Source of the DNA: a virus
Taxonomy: Duplodnaviria; Caudoviricetes
Direction: 5' to 3' (one strand)
Virus record (IMG/VR): IMGVR_UViG_3300020460_000013
Coordinates: 1-64,000 of that record
DNA length: 64,000 nt
Shown here: positions 49,457-57,988 of the stretch, piece after piece
How the letters are laid out: each line of letters opens with the position of its first letter
How positions within the stretch are numbered: position 1 is the first letter of the stretch
The notes under the pieces: model-generated
What the model saw: the letters and a program-made list of their open reading frames with translations, nothing else
Databases searched by the model: none
Told to the model about the DNA's origin: nothing
Translations under genes and position numbers: made by a program

Positions 49457-49831
49457 TTATCTCCTCTTACCAGTGGCCGAATTTTTTGCGTCAACACTAG
49501 ATAAAACTTGGAGTCCACCCTTGTTGTACGCTTGTCCTATGACCACATTTCCTTTATATATAGGAGTTTCTTTGACAAAACCATTACCGATTGCGTCAGA
49601 TGTCTTGACCTTTGCAGTATATGTCCGCTGATCTATCGTACCACCACGACCTTTGACAGTGGTTTTACCATGTTTATACGCAACAAACTCCTCTAGTGTC
49701 AACATAGGGAGTTTCATACGTTTCAAAAACTTGTTGTGTTCACGCATTTCTGACTCGTACTTGCGTGTGTCTACTCTCTTACGCTTGCGTTTGAGATTAG
49801 TAGTCGTATAGTAGATAGGTAATATGTGCAT
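49457..49831 (-). CDS. Conserved T4-like hypothetical protein (124 aa)
   Basis: MHILPIYY start; IGQAYNKGGLQVL motif. Confidence 0.8.
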   Translation of the reverse strand: MHILPIYYTTTNLKRKRKRVDTRKYESEMREHNKFLKRMKLPMLTLEEFVAYKHGKTTVKGRGGTIDQRTYTAKVKTSDAIGNGFVKETPIYKGNVVIGQAYNKGGLQVLSSVDAKNSATGKRR

Positions 49832-50029
49832 CTATCTACTAATAGGATGAATACAAATTGCAGTAGTTATGGCCGCAAGACCATAACCAAACCATGCAAA
49901 CATTTCAGATAAAGTAAGTGCATTGTCCATACACTTACCATCACAATCTGCACCAGCAGTACCAAGTATTATGAGAATACCTATGATACCGATACTCCAA
50001 GACAGTATAACTCTAAAATTATACCACAT
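49832..50029 (-). CDS. Two-TM membrane protein (65 aa)
   Basis: Two hydrophobic helices around a DCDGKC loop. Confidence 0.7.
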   Translation of the reverse strand: MWYNFRVILSWSIGIIGILIILGTAGADCDGKCMDNALTLSEMFAWFGYGLAAITTAICIHPISR

Positions 50030-50313
50030 TAAGCAGCCTCCAACATTGTAAATGGAACTTGATATGTTGCAGTTTCGCCAGTAATTGGTGATCTTACCAT
50101 ATCGACAAGTGCTCTTGTCTTGTTGATTTTGACCACAGTACCAGGCGTCTTTTTTGTTTTCTGAACAACATAGACTCTCATACCTACTTTTATGTCTGAT
50201 TTTGCTTTCATAGTCTTGATATCTCTACACATACCCATAACTTCAGTTAGTTCACTAGGTGTCATAGTGTGTAGTATTTCTGATACTTTTCTCATGTTAG
50301 TAATAGTAACCAT
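50029..50313 (-). CDS. SH3-like early protein (94 aa)
   Basis: VGMRVYVVQKTKKTPGTVVKIN.TRALV...YQVP. Confidence 0.75.
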   Translation of the reverse strand: MVTITNMRKVSEILHTMTPSELTEVMGMCRDIKTMKAKSDIKVGMRVYVVQKTKKTPGTVVKINKTRALVDMVRSPITGETATYQVPFTMLEAA

Positions 50314-50507
50314 TATATATTCTCCTTGTTATCAAAATCTTCAATTACTAATTCATCTTCATAATCTTGCAGACTTGATGCAACTGCGAACTCTAGACGC
50401 AATGCAACATATGGACTTGTTTTTACAAGTTCTGCAGCCATATTCTCTATTTCTATAGGACTTAAATTTTGTAGTGTCTTTACTGCAAGTTTAGTTCTTA
50501 CTGACAT
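50313..50507 (-). CDS. Hypothetical early protein (64 aa)
   Basis: First gene after a promoter; GAGG RBS. Confidence 0.7.
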   Translation of the reverse strand: MSVRTKLAVKTLQNLSPIEIENMAAELVKTSPYVALRLEFAVASSLQDYEDELVIEDFDNKENI

Positions 50508-50530
50508 TTTTACCTCTCTGTTTACGAATC

Positions 50531-50559
50531 ACTATATCATATATATTGTTTCGTGTCAA
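50531..50559 (-). promoter_or_regulatory. sigma70-type early promoter
   Basis: TTGACA-17-TATAGT with TGn, followed by GATTCGTAAACA. Confidence 0.88.
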
Positions 50560-51095
50560 GTCCTATATAGACCATGTGCATAAACCATATTGATATTTTT
50601 AACCAAGTCTGCATATGAGTCTTGATTGGCCTGATATAGAAACCCTATTCCACCAGCTTTTTCCCACTTCTCAATGTTACTAGGTTTATCATCAACCAAA
50701 ATATTTGGTGAACCATCAATAGGATTGGTTGCATATTGTTCTTTCTGACGAGTGAATATTAAATTCTCAATCGCAGGGGGCATCAAATCATTGTCCTCTA
50801 ACCACCTTCTCTTGTGGTATGCAGAGTTATCCCTATCACCCCTTAATGGTGACGAACATATTCCCCACTGACCTTTTGACCTTGTTTCTACAAAGTTTAC
50901 TAAATCATATGTATCTTCAAATATTGATAGTGTGTAAAAGAAGTCAGTACCTATGAGTTCTTGTAATGACTTGTCTTTTCTTGGAATCTCTTTCCAATGA
51001 TCTCTATTGAACTTCTTTGCAAATGCACCAAAGAAGTCTGCAAGGACTCCGTCCATGTCTAAGTATAAAATTGTTGCATTTCCTACTTTTTTCAT
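50556..51095 (-). CDS. HAD-family 5'(3')-deoxyribonucleotidase-like protein
   Basis: YLDMDGVLADF, SSP, K..WL, ILVDD motifs; start moved to MKKVG after GGAG. Confidence 0.88.
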   Translation of the reverse strand: MKKVGNATILYLDMDGVLADFFGAFAKKFNRDHWKEIPRKDKSLQELIGTDFFYTLSIFEDTYDLVNFVETRSKGQWGICSSPLRGDRDNSAYHKRRWLEDNDLMPPAIENLIFTRQKEQYATNPIDGSPNILVDDKPSNIEKWEKAGGIGFLYQANQDSYADLVKNINMVYAHGLYRT

Positions 51096-51096
51096 A

Positions 51097-51261
51097 TTAT
51101 ATTTTCTCCATAGTAATTTTTTTATCATCCCACTTGAGAAGTTCTAAATTAAACATTGGAAAACAATGTTTAAAGTTTTCCATCTGTGACATTTCTTTTT
51201 TGGTCAAGCCAGTTATTGTCATGATGGTTTTTTTACCAATTGTCTTTGTTGTAATTTTCAT
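51097..51261 (-). CDS. Small early protein (54 aa)
   Basis: MKITTKTIGKKTIMTITGLTKKEM...; has a promoter and AAGGTG RBS. Not in the ORF track. Confidence 0.6.
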   Translation of the reverse strand: MKITTKTIGKKTIMTITGLTKKEMSQMENFKHCFPMFNLELLKWDDKKITMEKI

Positions 51262-51289
51262 AACGAATCACCTTTCTCTCTATACTATT

Positions 51290-51318
51290 AATATACCTGT
51301 TTTCATAACAAATGTCAA
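51290..51318 (-). promoter_or_regulatory. sigma70-type early promoter
   Basis: TTGACA-17-TATATT, T-rich upstream element, TGATTCG at the RBS. Confidence 0.85.
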
Positions 51319-51323
51319 CCCCT

Positions 51324-51357
51324 AAAAACAAAAAAACCTCAAAAAGATGAGGTTTTT
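51324..51357 (-). terminator. Intrinsic terminator between the late OMP gene and the early block
   Basis: AAAAACCTCA/TGAGGTTTTT inverted repeat with U-tract. Confidence 0.75.
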
Positions 51358-51382
51358 CTGAAAAATATATTGATGTATTATA

Positions 51383-51778
51383 TTAGAATGATATAGTCGC
51401 ACCTAACTTAATGTCTTTTCTTTCTGACGCATCAATATCCCAGCTTGTTTTACCATATACTTCTACAGGTAATGGAATCATATCACCCATATCGTATGTT
51501 AACTCTAGATTAATGTTTGGTCTATTTCCCTCATCTAAAGTGTCAAACAACATAAAACTGTCGGTTGCAGAGGAGTCGTATATAGAAATAAGTGTACCAA
51601 TTGATAGTTCTAACTGATCATGATTCCACTCAATTTCTGGTTCATACTTCATGATTGTATTTTCATTGTCAACTGAATATTCAGCTGTAACATCATGACT
51701 ATGAGAAAGTTCTGCAACTGTATACGTTGCAAAGAGTAACACAGCGAGAAACGCTGTCAGACTTGATAGTAATTTCAT
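51383..51778 (-). CDS. Small outer-membrane beta-barrel-like protein (131 aa)
   Basis: Signal peptide, alternating beta pattern, C-terminal LGATISF. Confidence 0.65.
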   Translation of the reverse strand: MKLLSSLTAFLAVLLFATYTVAELSHSHDVTAEYSVDNENTIMKYEPEIEWNHDQLELSIGTLISIYDSSATDSFMLFDTLDEGNRPNINLELTYDMGDMIPLPVEVYGKTSWDIDASERKDIKLGATISF

Positions 51779-51826
51779 GTGAGATTTTCCTTATTCTATT
51801 TGTGGACATTGTGTCACACAAAGACA

Positions 51827-51834
51827 TATTTATA
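51827..51834 (-). promoter_or_regulatory. Late promoter TATAAATA
   Basis: Exact intergenic motif. Confidence 0.7.
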
Positions 51835-51835
51835 A

Positions 51836-52501
51836 TTATCTTTTCTTTAATCTTAACTGTTTAGATATCCAAGACTTAGCGATTGTATTATTCACTTTCT
51901 TCTTAACAAGTATCATACATCTCTTCCATACTTTCTTGAATACATCTTCACCAGCATCATTGTTGTCTACAACTATAAAATTACTTGAACCAAATAGTGT
52001 TTGAAATTTACCTATGTTATTTTGAACTGCATTCCACATCTTCGCAACTTGAACTTCTGGTAGAGTTCTAGACCTCATCTTATTTCTTTCTTGTGCAGTA
52101 TCTAGTGATGTATTAACAAATATCATGTATGTTTCATATCCTAATGCACGTAATCCTCTTACTTGTTGTGATATTTTATCATACTCTCTACCTGTACCAT
52201 CAATGATAACTCCTAGTCTACCCTTTAGAAAGTTCCCTTGCATACGGGCCGTAACCTCTTTCGCTTTAACTCTTATATCTTGACCTTGATCAGAATATAT
52301 ATCCTCTGGTGTTGTTTCCAACCCAGCGTCCTTTAACATCTTTTCGTATATATCGTCAGAGTTTACAATCTTCATACCCAATCCACCTGTAGATCTTCTT
52401 ACTACATATGACTTACCAGATCCTGGCCCGCCTGCAAGAAATATCGCTTTAAATATATTGGGGTCGTAAACTCCTTCCTGTATTTGTTGAAATGTTTTCA
52501 T
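51836..52501 (-). CDS. Zeta-toxin-like P-loop kinase
   Basis: FLAGGPGSGKS, VNSDD, IIDGTG, A.ERN..R.R motifs. Confidence 0.82.
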   Translation of the reverse strand: MKTFQQIQEGVYDPNIFKAIFLAGGPGSGKSYVVRRSTGGLGMKIVNSDDIYEKMLKDAGLETTPEDIYSDQGQDIRVKAKEVTARMQGNFLKGRLGVIIDGTGREYDKISQQVRGLRALGYETYMIFVNTSLDTAQERNKMRSRTLPEVQVAKMWNAVQNNIGKFQTLFGSSNFIVVDNNDAGEDVFKKVWKRCMILVKKKVNNTIAKSWISKQLRLKKR

Positions 52502-52646
52502 GTTTTATTCCTAACAACTCCATAGTTTGTTCTTTATATAATTGTTCATAGTATTTAGTTTCCTCATTATCCTGTGTCTGTATTGTTCGATTGGTTTGTT
52601 TTTGAAACGTCATTTTGTGTACACGATTTTTGAGTTTTGCTGTCAT
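52449..52646 (-). CDS. Hypothetical protein (65 aa)
   Basis: GAGG RBS, but a long overlap with the kinase start. Confidence 0.45.
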   Translation of the reverse strand: MTAKLKNRVHKMTFQKQTNRTIQTQDNEETKYYEQLYKEQTMELLGIKHENISTNTGRSLRPQYI

Positions 52647-52706
52647 GGTAGCCTCTTTCTATGGTTAATAAATTATCATAACGAATGAGTTGTTATCATC
52701 TCCTTT

Positions 52707-54140
52707 CTAAAATGTTACTTCTGAAGGATCTTCAGAACCTAGTGGTATTCTATAGTCACCCTCGTTACCTTGATCTTTAATGGTAACTCCAGAACTTGGG
52801 AATGGTGACTTAACTGTATCTCTTACACAATCCATTACTATTCTGTGTATAGGAGAACCTTCTGCATATGTAAATTTATGTAATAAATTTCTGATTAGAT
52901 ACTTTCCTGTCATACTTTCATCAGATAAATCTAGACCTATGAGATCACCTACTTGTAATGTTGTGTTGCCTGGAATTGTAACTCTTAATGATAGTGCAGA
53001 GTCTAAAGATGCAAATCTAGATGATCTTCTTTGTAACCATTGGTCTGTACCCATATAATCATATTGTGATCTCTCACCCCAAGCTGGATTAAACATACCA
53101 TTTGCAACATTTCTTTCTATCATCTGCACATGAAGAACAGAGTCTGGATAATCTCCAATTTGTTTACCATACTGATCCATTGCAGTAGACGCTACTGGAG
53201 ATTTAGTAGATCCATATTTATTATATTGATCGACATGAATATCCCTGTCAAAATCCTGTAAATAATTGTAATCAAACTCTTGGTAATCTTTATTAAAAAT
53301 ATCTAACAACACTAGTCTTGACCCATACATACCAGACAATCTACTTGACATAGTGTCGGTTGTTGACATTACTTGTATATCTAGAATATTTGTTAATTTA
53401 GCAATAACTCCCTCTTCATTATCCCTTAAATCTATTTCTTGTGGTGATACTTCACGATAGACACCTTTTGGATTTTTTCTATCCATCATACTGTCTATTG
53501 TTCTAAAAAAATAACCTTTGGTTGTTTCATAGAATAAAAATGATGGTGCATAGTCATATTCTTTGGATAAACATCTTTTCGATAAATTTACTATGAAATC
53601 AAATGGGTGCATATTTGGTGAAACAAGTTTAAAATGATTATTCGTAACTTCATAATAAAATTCTTTTTTAGATGCAATTAAATCATCATCTCTTAAAATA
53701 TTTTGAATGATATCTTCTGATGGCTCACCCTCATATGATTTGACAACACGCACATGATTATTTCTGATAAATTCTGGTGTAGTAAAGTGCAACATAAATG
53801 CATCTGTATTTTCATTGACTCCAACTTTATCGTCAATTTTATAAACGTATAATGGTGTTTCAGTATAATTAATGATACGATTTCTATCACCTGTATCATC
53901 AGCGTTCGGTGTTGACAGTTTAAGTTTAAGTTTTTCTTGACCTATAATACCTATATCTTTGTTACCTAATAAATTATTAGTGTCTTGGAAAGATATAGTT
54001 CCACTTACAGATGTAGAGAAAAGATCTTCATATATGTTTATATCTGCAACTAGTTCAGTTAAGTCAAGTTCTAAACCACTTACTGTACAAAGTGTACATT
54101 CTTCTAGTTGAAATTCACCAGCGTATTGTATGACAGCCAT
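52707..54140 (-). CDS. Baseplate hub / tail protein, gp27-like (477 aa)
   Basis: INIYEDLF..SG.I..D, FLFYET..G.FFR.I, IPGNTTLQVGD; follows gp53. Confidence 0.75.
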   Translation of the reverse strand: MAVIQYAGEFQLEECTLCTVSGLELDLTELVADINIYEDLFSTSVSGTISFQDTNNLLGNKDIGIIGQEKLKLKLSTPNADDTGDRNRIINYTETPLYVYKIDDKVGVNENTDAFMLHFTTPEFIRNNHVRVVKSYEGEPSEDIIQNILRDDDLIASKKEFYYEVTNNHFKLVSPNMHPFDFIVNLSKRCLSKEYDYAPSFLFYETTKGYFFRTIDSMMDRKNPKGVYREVSPQEIDLRDNEEGVIAKLTNILDIQVMSTTDTMSSRLSGMYGSRLVLLDIFNKDYQEFDYNYLQDFDRDIHVDQYNKYGSTKSPVASTAMDQYGKQIGDYPDSVLHVQMIERNVANGMFNPAWGERSQYDYMGTDQWLQRRSSRFASLDSALSLRVTIPGNTTLQVGDLIGLDLSDESMTGKYLIRNLLHKFTYAEGSPIHRIVMDCVRDTVKSPFPSSGVTIKDQGNEGDYRIPLGSEDPSEVTF

Positions 54141-54141
54141 A

Positions 54142-54669
54142 TTATTTTCTCAATAGTTGTTGTATTTCTCTCTTTATTTGAGGAATATATTCTGGTTTTA
54201 TAACTCTTATTTGTCTTTTATTATCCTCTGCTCTTTCTGCATAATTATAGTTTGTAACTATAACTGCGTCCTCTGGTATGGTATTTGCAGAGTCACTTGG
54301 TATTTCTATTACTTTAGTCGTATCACCAGATGTTTGTTTCACTTCATAATGATGAACTGCATCTGGATTATCATACAGTTCTTGTAAGTTTCTGTCAAAT
54401 GTTGCATTTGTGAGTGGCCAATCATGATAATAATCCATTACATCATTTGCAAGTAATAGAACCCAATGAAGTTTTTCGTCATTGTAAAACGCTTTCGCTA
54501 AAAATTCTGGAGTCTGACCAGATTGTACATCATAGTAATCAAATGTAACATTGTATCTTTTAACAAGATCTTTAAATCTAACTTTTCTTGTTATTTCTAA
54601 AAAAGTAGTCTTTGTACCATTATCTAATACATCTACTTCTATAGTAGGAAAATTTGAAAAAAATGACAT
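54142..54669 (-). CDS. gp53: Baseplate wedge subunit gp53
   Basis: FFSNFP, G.TPE.LA..Y.D..LHWVLLLAN..DWP, VHHYE. Confidence 0.9.
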   Translation of the reverse strand: MSFFSNFPTIEVDVLDNGTKTTFLEITRKVRFKDLVKRYNVTFDYYDVQSGQTPEFLAKAFYNDEKLHWVLLLANDVMDYYHDWPLTNATFDRNLQELYDNPDAVHHYEVKQTSGDTTKVIEIPSDSANTIPEDAVIVTNYNYAERAEDNKRQIRVIKPEYIPQIKREIQQLLRK

Positions 54670-54671
54670 GA

Positions 54672-55553
54672 TTAAAAACCTTCTGCAATTTTCTCTTTTG
54701 TTATGATACCAAGTTCTCTAAACTGTAAGGTTAGTTCTGTTTCCACTGGTTGATCATCAACAAAAAATTGTGTTCTTTCTCCACCATATTTTACCTGTAC
54801 TGACTCTAATGCACATTCGTCAATTCTATGTAAGTGTCTGCCAGGTACATATGAAATATCAAATGTGGATGGTACTTCCATTGTTCTACCACCAACACCA
54901 CCCTCTACAGGAAATTCAGGCATTGCATGATATCGAAATAATGTAACAATTTCTTTAATTATTTGTGCTTCTTCTGAACTTTTTGGTAACATTCTAAAAG
55001 TAAATGCAAATGCTCTCCTATCAATACCTTCAAACTTTAATTCAGTTCTATTGTTTGTAACTCTTCCTTTACCCAATTCTAAAGCTGCTTTTGCACCTGT
55101 TACACCAAGTCCTTCAGCAACATTTGCAACTAATCTTGATCCTTCTGCAGCCACAGCACTTGCAACTCTATCAGCAGTTTCTTTTGAGTTTATATTATCT
55201 TGATTTATTGCATTACCAGCTGCAAGTAATCCAGCGACTATTAACCCTATCTCTGTGTCTGCATAATTTACTTTGTGTGATACTTCAATAGTGGGTGGCA
55301 TCTGTATTTGAATTGTTGAATTTAAAGTTTTTCTAGGTGGTCTTGGAACTGTTATATATTCATTACCACCAATACCACTTGCGTCTATTGCTCCACTACC
55401 ATAACTTATAGTTGGTTGTTCTCGTACTCTTATTTGAAATTGAATGTAATGACTACTACTTTTACCATCTACATCTAGTGGATATTGATAAGAAGTCCTA
55501 TTTGCAGTGATGTGTGATTTTTGTCCATCAGTTCCTATGATTAATTGAGCCAT
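54672..55553 (-). CDS. gp48: Baseplate tail-tube cap gp48
   Basis: N..ELKFEG..R.F.F.F...PKS..EA..I..I...FR; LTLQFRE. Confidence 0.88.
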   Translation of the reverse strand: MAQLIIGTDGQKSHITANRTSYQYPLDVDGKSSSHYIQFQIRVREQPTISYGSGAIDASGIGGNEYITVPRPPRKTLNSTIQIQMPPTIEVSHKVNYADTEIGLIVAGLLAAGNAINQDNINSKETADRVASAVAAEGSRLVANVAEGLGVTGAKAALELGKGRVTNNRTELKFEGIDRRAFAFTFRMLPKSSEEAQIIKEIVTLFRYHAMPEFPVEGGVGGRTMEVPSTFDISYVPGRHLHRIDECALESVQVKYGGERTQFFVDDQPVETELTLQFRELGIITKEKIAEGF

Positions 55554-55595
55554 ATAAATAGTCCTAAATATATTATGGTTTCAATAGTATTTATA
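55553..55595. promoter_or_regulatory. Face-to-face late promoters
   Basis: TATAAATA on + at 55553-55560 and on - at 55588-55595. Confidence 0.75.
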
Positions 55596-55599
55596 CATC

Positions 55600-56028
55600 A
55601 TGACATACAAAGGTAGATATATTCCCTCAAAACCTAGAAAATATAAAGGTGACCCATCAAACATAATTTATAGAAGTTTATGGGAACGTAAATTTATGGT
55701 CTATTGTGATAGAAATGATGCAATATTAGAGTGGGGCAGTGAAGAAATAATCATACCATATAAGTCACCTCTTGATGGTAGAATACACAGGTACTTTCCA
55801 GATTTCTATGTAAAAGTAAAACAAAATGATGGTACTATTAAAAAGATGATTATAGAAGTTAAACCAAAGAAACAATGTAAACCACCTGTCGGTAAAAAGA
55901 AAACCAAATATTATATAAAAGAAGTTCAGACATGGGGTGTTAATAAAGCCAAGTGGGAATATGCGTTAGAGTGGTGTAAAGATAGAAATATGGAATTTAA
56001 AATTCTAACAGAAGATCATCTTGGTTAA
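55600..56028 (+). CDS. gp4: Head completion nuclease gp4
   Basis: KYKGDP.NI.YRSLWE..FM..CD, HRYFPDF, IEVKP. Confidence 0.95.
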   Translation: MTYKGRYIPSKPRKYKGDPSNIIYRSLWERKFMVYCDRNDAILEWGSEEIIIPYKSPLDGRIHRYFPDFYVKVKQNDGTIKKMIIEVKPKKQCKPPVGKKKTKYYIKEVQTWGVNKAKWEYALEWCKDRNMEFKILTEDHLG

Positions 56029-56032
56029 GTCA

Positions 56033-56040
56033 TATAAATA
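56033..56040 (+). promoter_or_regulatory. Late promoter TATAAATA
   Basis: Exact motif, but only 5 nt before the ATG. Confidence 0.6.
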
Positions 56041-56045
56041 GGAGT

Positions 56046-56618
56046 ATGACAGAATTAATTGAAGGTATACTAAAGAAAACTGGTGGTAAAGATAGATCAA
56101 TTCGTTGGTTTCGTGAGAAAGTCAAAGAGTTGGGTGAAGTACCACCACAAAGACTTATTCGTGAAGGAATAGTTACAGCCAGACCTACGTTTGGTACTAT
56201 GAACTTTTTTATGTATAGTCCTAAGAATAAAGACAATGTTGACATACTACCATATTATGATAGATTTCCTTTAGTCATGCCCATTGAACAATATAACAAT
56301 GGTTTTCTAGGTTTAAACTTTCACTACCTATCCATACCCATGAGATTAAAACTTCTAAACATCATTAGTGAATATGCAAGTAATGATAAGTTAGATGAAA
56401 CTACTAGAATAAGATTAACATGGAATAGAGTAAAAAGAAATCCAATTGTAAAACCTACAGTAAAAAGATATCTTGCAGATCATGTAAGAACTGCATTTCG
56501 TAGAATTAATGCAGATGAAATGATGGTTGCAGTTTTATTACCTGTGCAAAGATTTGTAAGAGCAACTGAAACAAAAGTTTATGCAGACTCAAGAATGTCT
56601 GCAAATAGGAGAGGATAA
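56046..56618 (+). CDS. gp2: DNA end protector gp2
   Basis: LPYYDRFPLV, FLGLNFHYL, VKRYL..HV. Confidence 0.93.
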   Translation: MTELIEGILKKTGGKDRSIRWFREKVKELGEVPPQRLIREGIVTARPTFGTMNFFMYSPKNKDNVDILPYYDRFPLVMPIEQYNNGFLGLNFHYLSIPMRLKLLNIISEYASNDKLDETTRIRLTWNRVKRNPIVKPTVKRYLADHVRTAFRRINADEMMVAVLLPVQRFVRATETKVYADSRMSANRRG

Positions 56619-57262
56619 TGGCTGCACTAGATGAATTTATTGCAAGTTTTAGTAAGTATGGTGGACACGCACTTGCAAATAGATTTGAAGTAAAAATAAC
56701 ATCACCACCAGCGATAAGAGATCCTAACGCAGATAAACACGTATCATTTAGAGTTGAAGCGTTCACCATGCCAGGTAAAAACATAAGAACTGTTACAAAT
56801 GAAACAGTATATGGCCCAACTTATGAAATGGCTCAAGGATTGACATATGCAGAAGATATAAGTATGACATTTTTTCTATCAGCAGAACATTTTGAAAGAC
56901 AGTATTTTCTAAAATGGCAAGATCTTGTTGTTAAACCAAATAATTACAATCTAGAATATTATAATGAATATGTTACACCAATAGAAGTTTTTCAATTGGG
57001 AAAAAATGGTTTACCTCTGGCTGGTCTTAGACTAAATGAGTGTTTTCCAAAAACAGTTGGTGCAATAGAGTTCAGTGCTCAAAACATGGACATTGCAAGA
57101 CAAGAAGTTTCTTTTGTTTTCAAAGATTTTGTTTTTATAGATGCAGATGGAAAAGTAATGGATAATAGTGATAATAGAAAATTTGCAACTACGAATGCAC
57201 CCATAACTAAAGCTGGGCCTAAACCAACAAATCTTGGAACATCACAAATTCCATATCGTTAA
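56618..57262 (+). CDS. gp54: Baseplate tail-tube initiator gp54 (gp19-like fold)
   Basis: A..NRFEV.I..P, YYNEY..I.VFQL, L.E.FPKT. Confidence 0.82.
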   Translation: MAALDEFIASFSKYGGHALANRFEVKITSPPAIRDPNADKHVSFRVEAFTMPGKNIRTVTNETVYGPTYEMAQGLTYAEDISMTFFLSAEHFERQYFLKWQDLVVKPNNYNLEYYNEYVTPIEVFQLGKNGLPLAGLRLNECFPKTVGAIEFSAQNMDIARQEVSFVFKDFVFIDADGKVMDNSDNRKFATTNAPITKAGPKPTNLGTSQIPYR

Positions 57263-57283
57263 ATTATAGGAGAAAATTAAATT

Positions 57284-57988
57284 ATGGCGTTACCAAAGTT
57301 AGCAACCGCTAAATATGAATTGACATTACCCTCTACAGGACAGAAAGTAGAGTTCAGACCCTTTCTTGTAAAAGAAGAAAAAATGTTAATGTTAGCACAA
57401 CAAGAAGGAAGTCAACAATCTTTAATACGTGCAGTACAGGATCTTATTGATGCGTGTACGTTTGGTAAGTTAGATTCAAAAAAATTACCAACATTTGATA
57501 TAGAGTATGTATTTTTACAGATTAGATGTAAGTCTATTGGAGAAACAGCTACTGTCACAGTAATTTGTCCAGATGATGAAGAAACAAAAGTAAAAGTAGA
57601 TGTAAATCTATCAGAAGTGCAATGTGTTAAAGACAAGAATCATACTAACGATATAAAAATTAGTGATGATGTAGGAATAATATTTGATTATCCAGAAATA
57701 AGTAAAGTTGTAAAAATCACAAGTGGAAAAAATGATGCAGCTGCAACTTTTGATGTTATTAAAACTTGTGTTAATCAAATATATGATACAACAAATGTGT
57801 ATACTAGAAATGACATAGAGGATAAAGATTTAGATGATTTTATTGAATCAATGTCACATGAACAATTTATGAAAGTGCAAAGTTTTTTTGAAACTATGCC
57901 TAAAGTGAAACATAAAATAACTGTAAAGAATCCTAAAACTGAAGTTGTAAGTGATTTAACATTAGAAGGACTACAAGATTTTTTCTAG
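57284..57988 (+). CDS. gp26: Baseplate hub assembly chaperone gp26
   Basis: MALPK..Y.L.LPS..FRPFLVKEEK, DIEY.FLQIR.KS.GE, LEGLQDFF. Confidence 0.92.
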   Translation: MALPKLATAKYELTLPSTGQKVEFRPFLVKEEKMLMLAQQEGSQQSLIRAVQDLIDACTFGKLDSKKLPTFDIEYVFLQIRCKSIGETATVTVICPDDEETKVKVDVNLSEVQCVKDKNHTNDIKISDDVGIIFDYPEISKVVKITSGKNDAAATFDVIKTCVNQIYDTTNVYTRNDIEDKDLDDFIESMSHEQFMKVQSFFETMPKVKHKITVKNPKTEVVSDLTLEGLQDFF

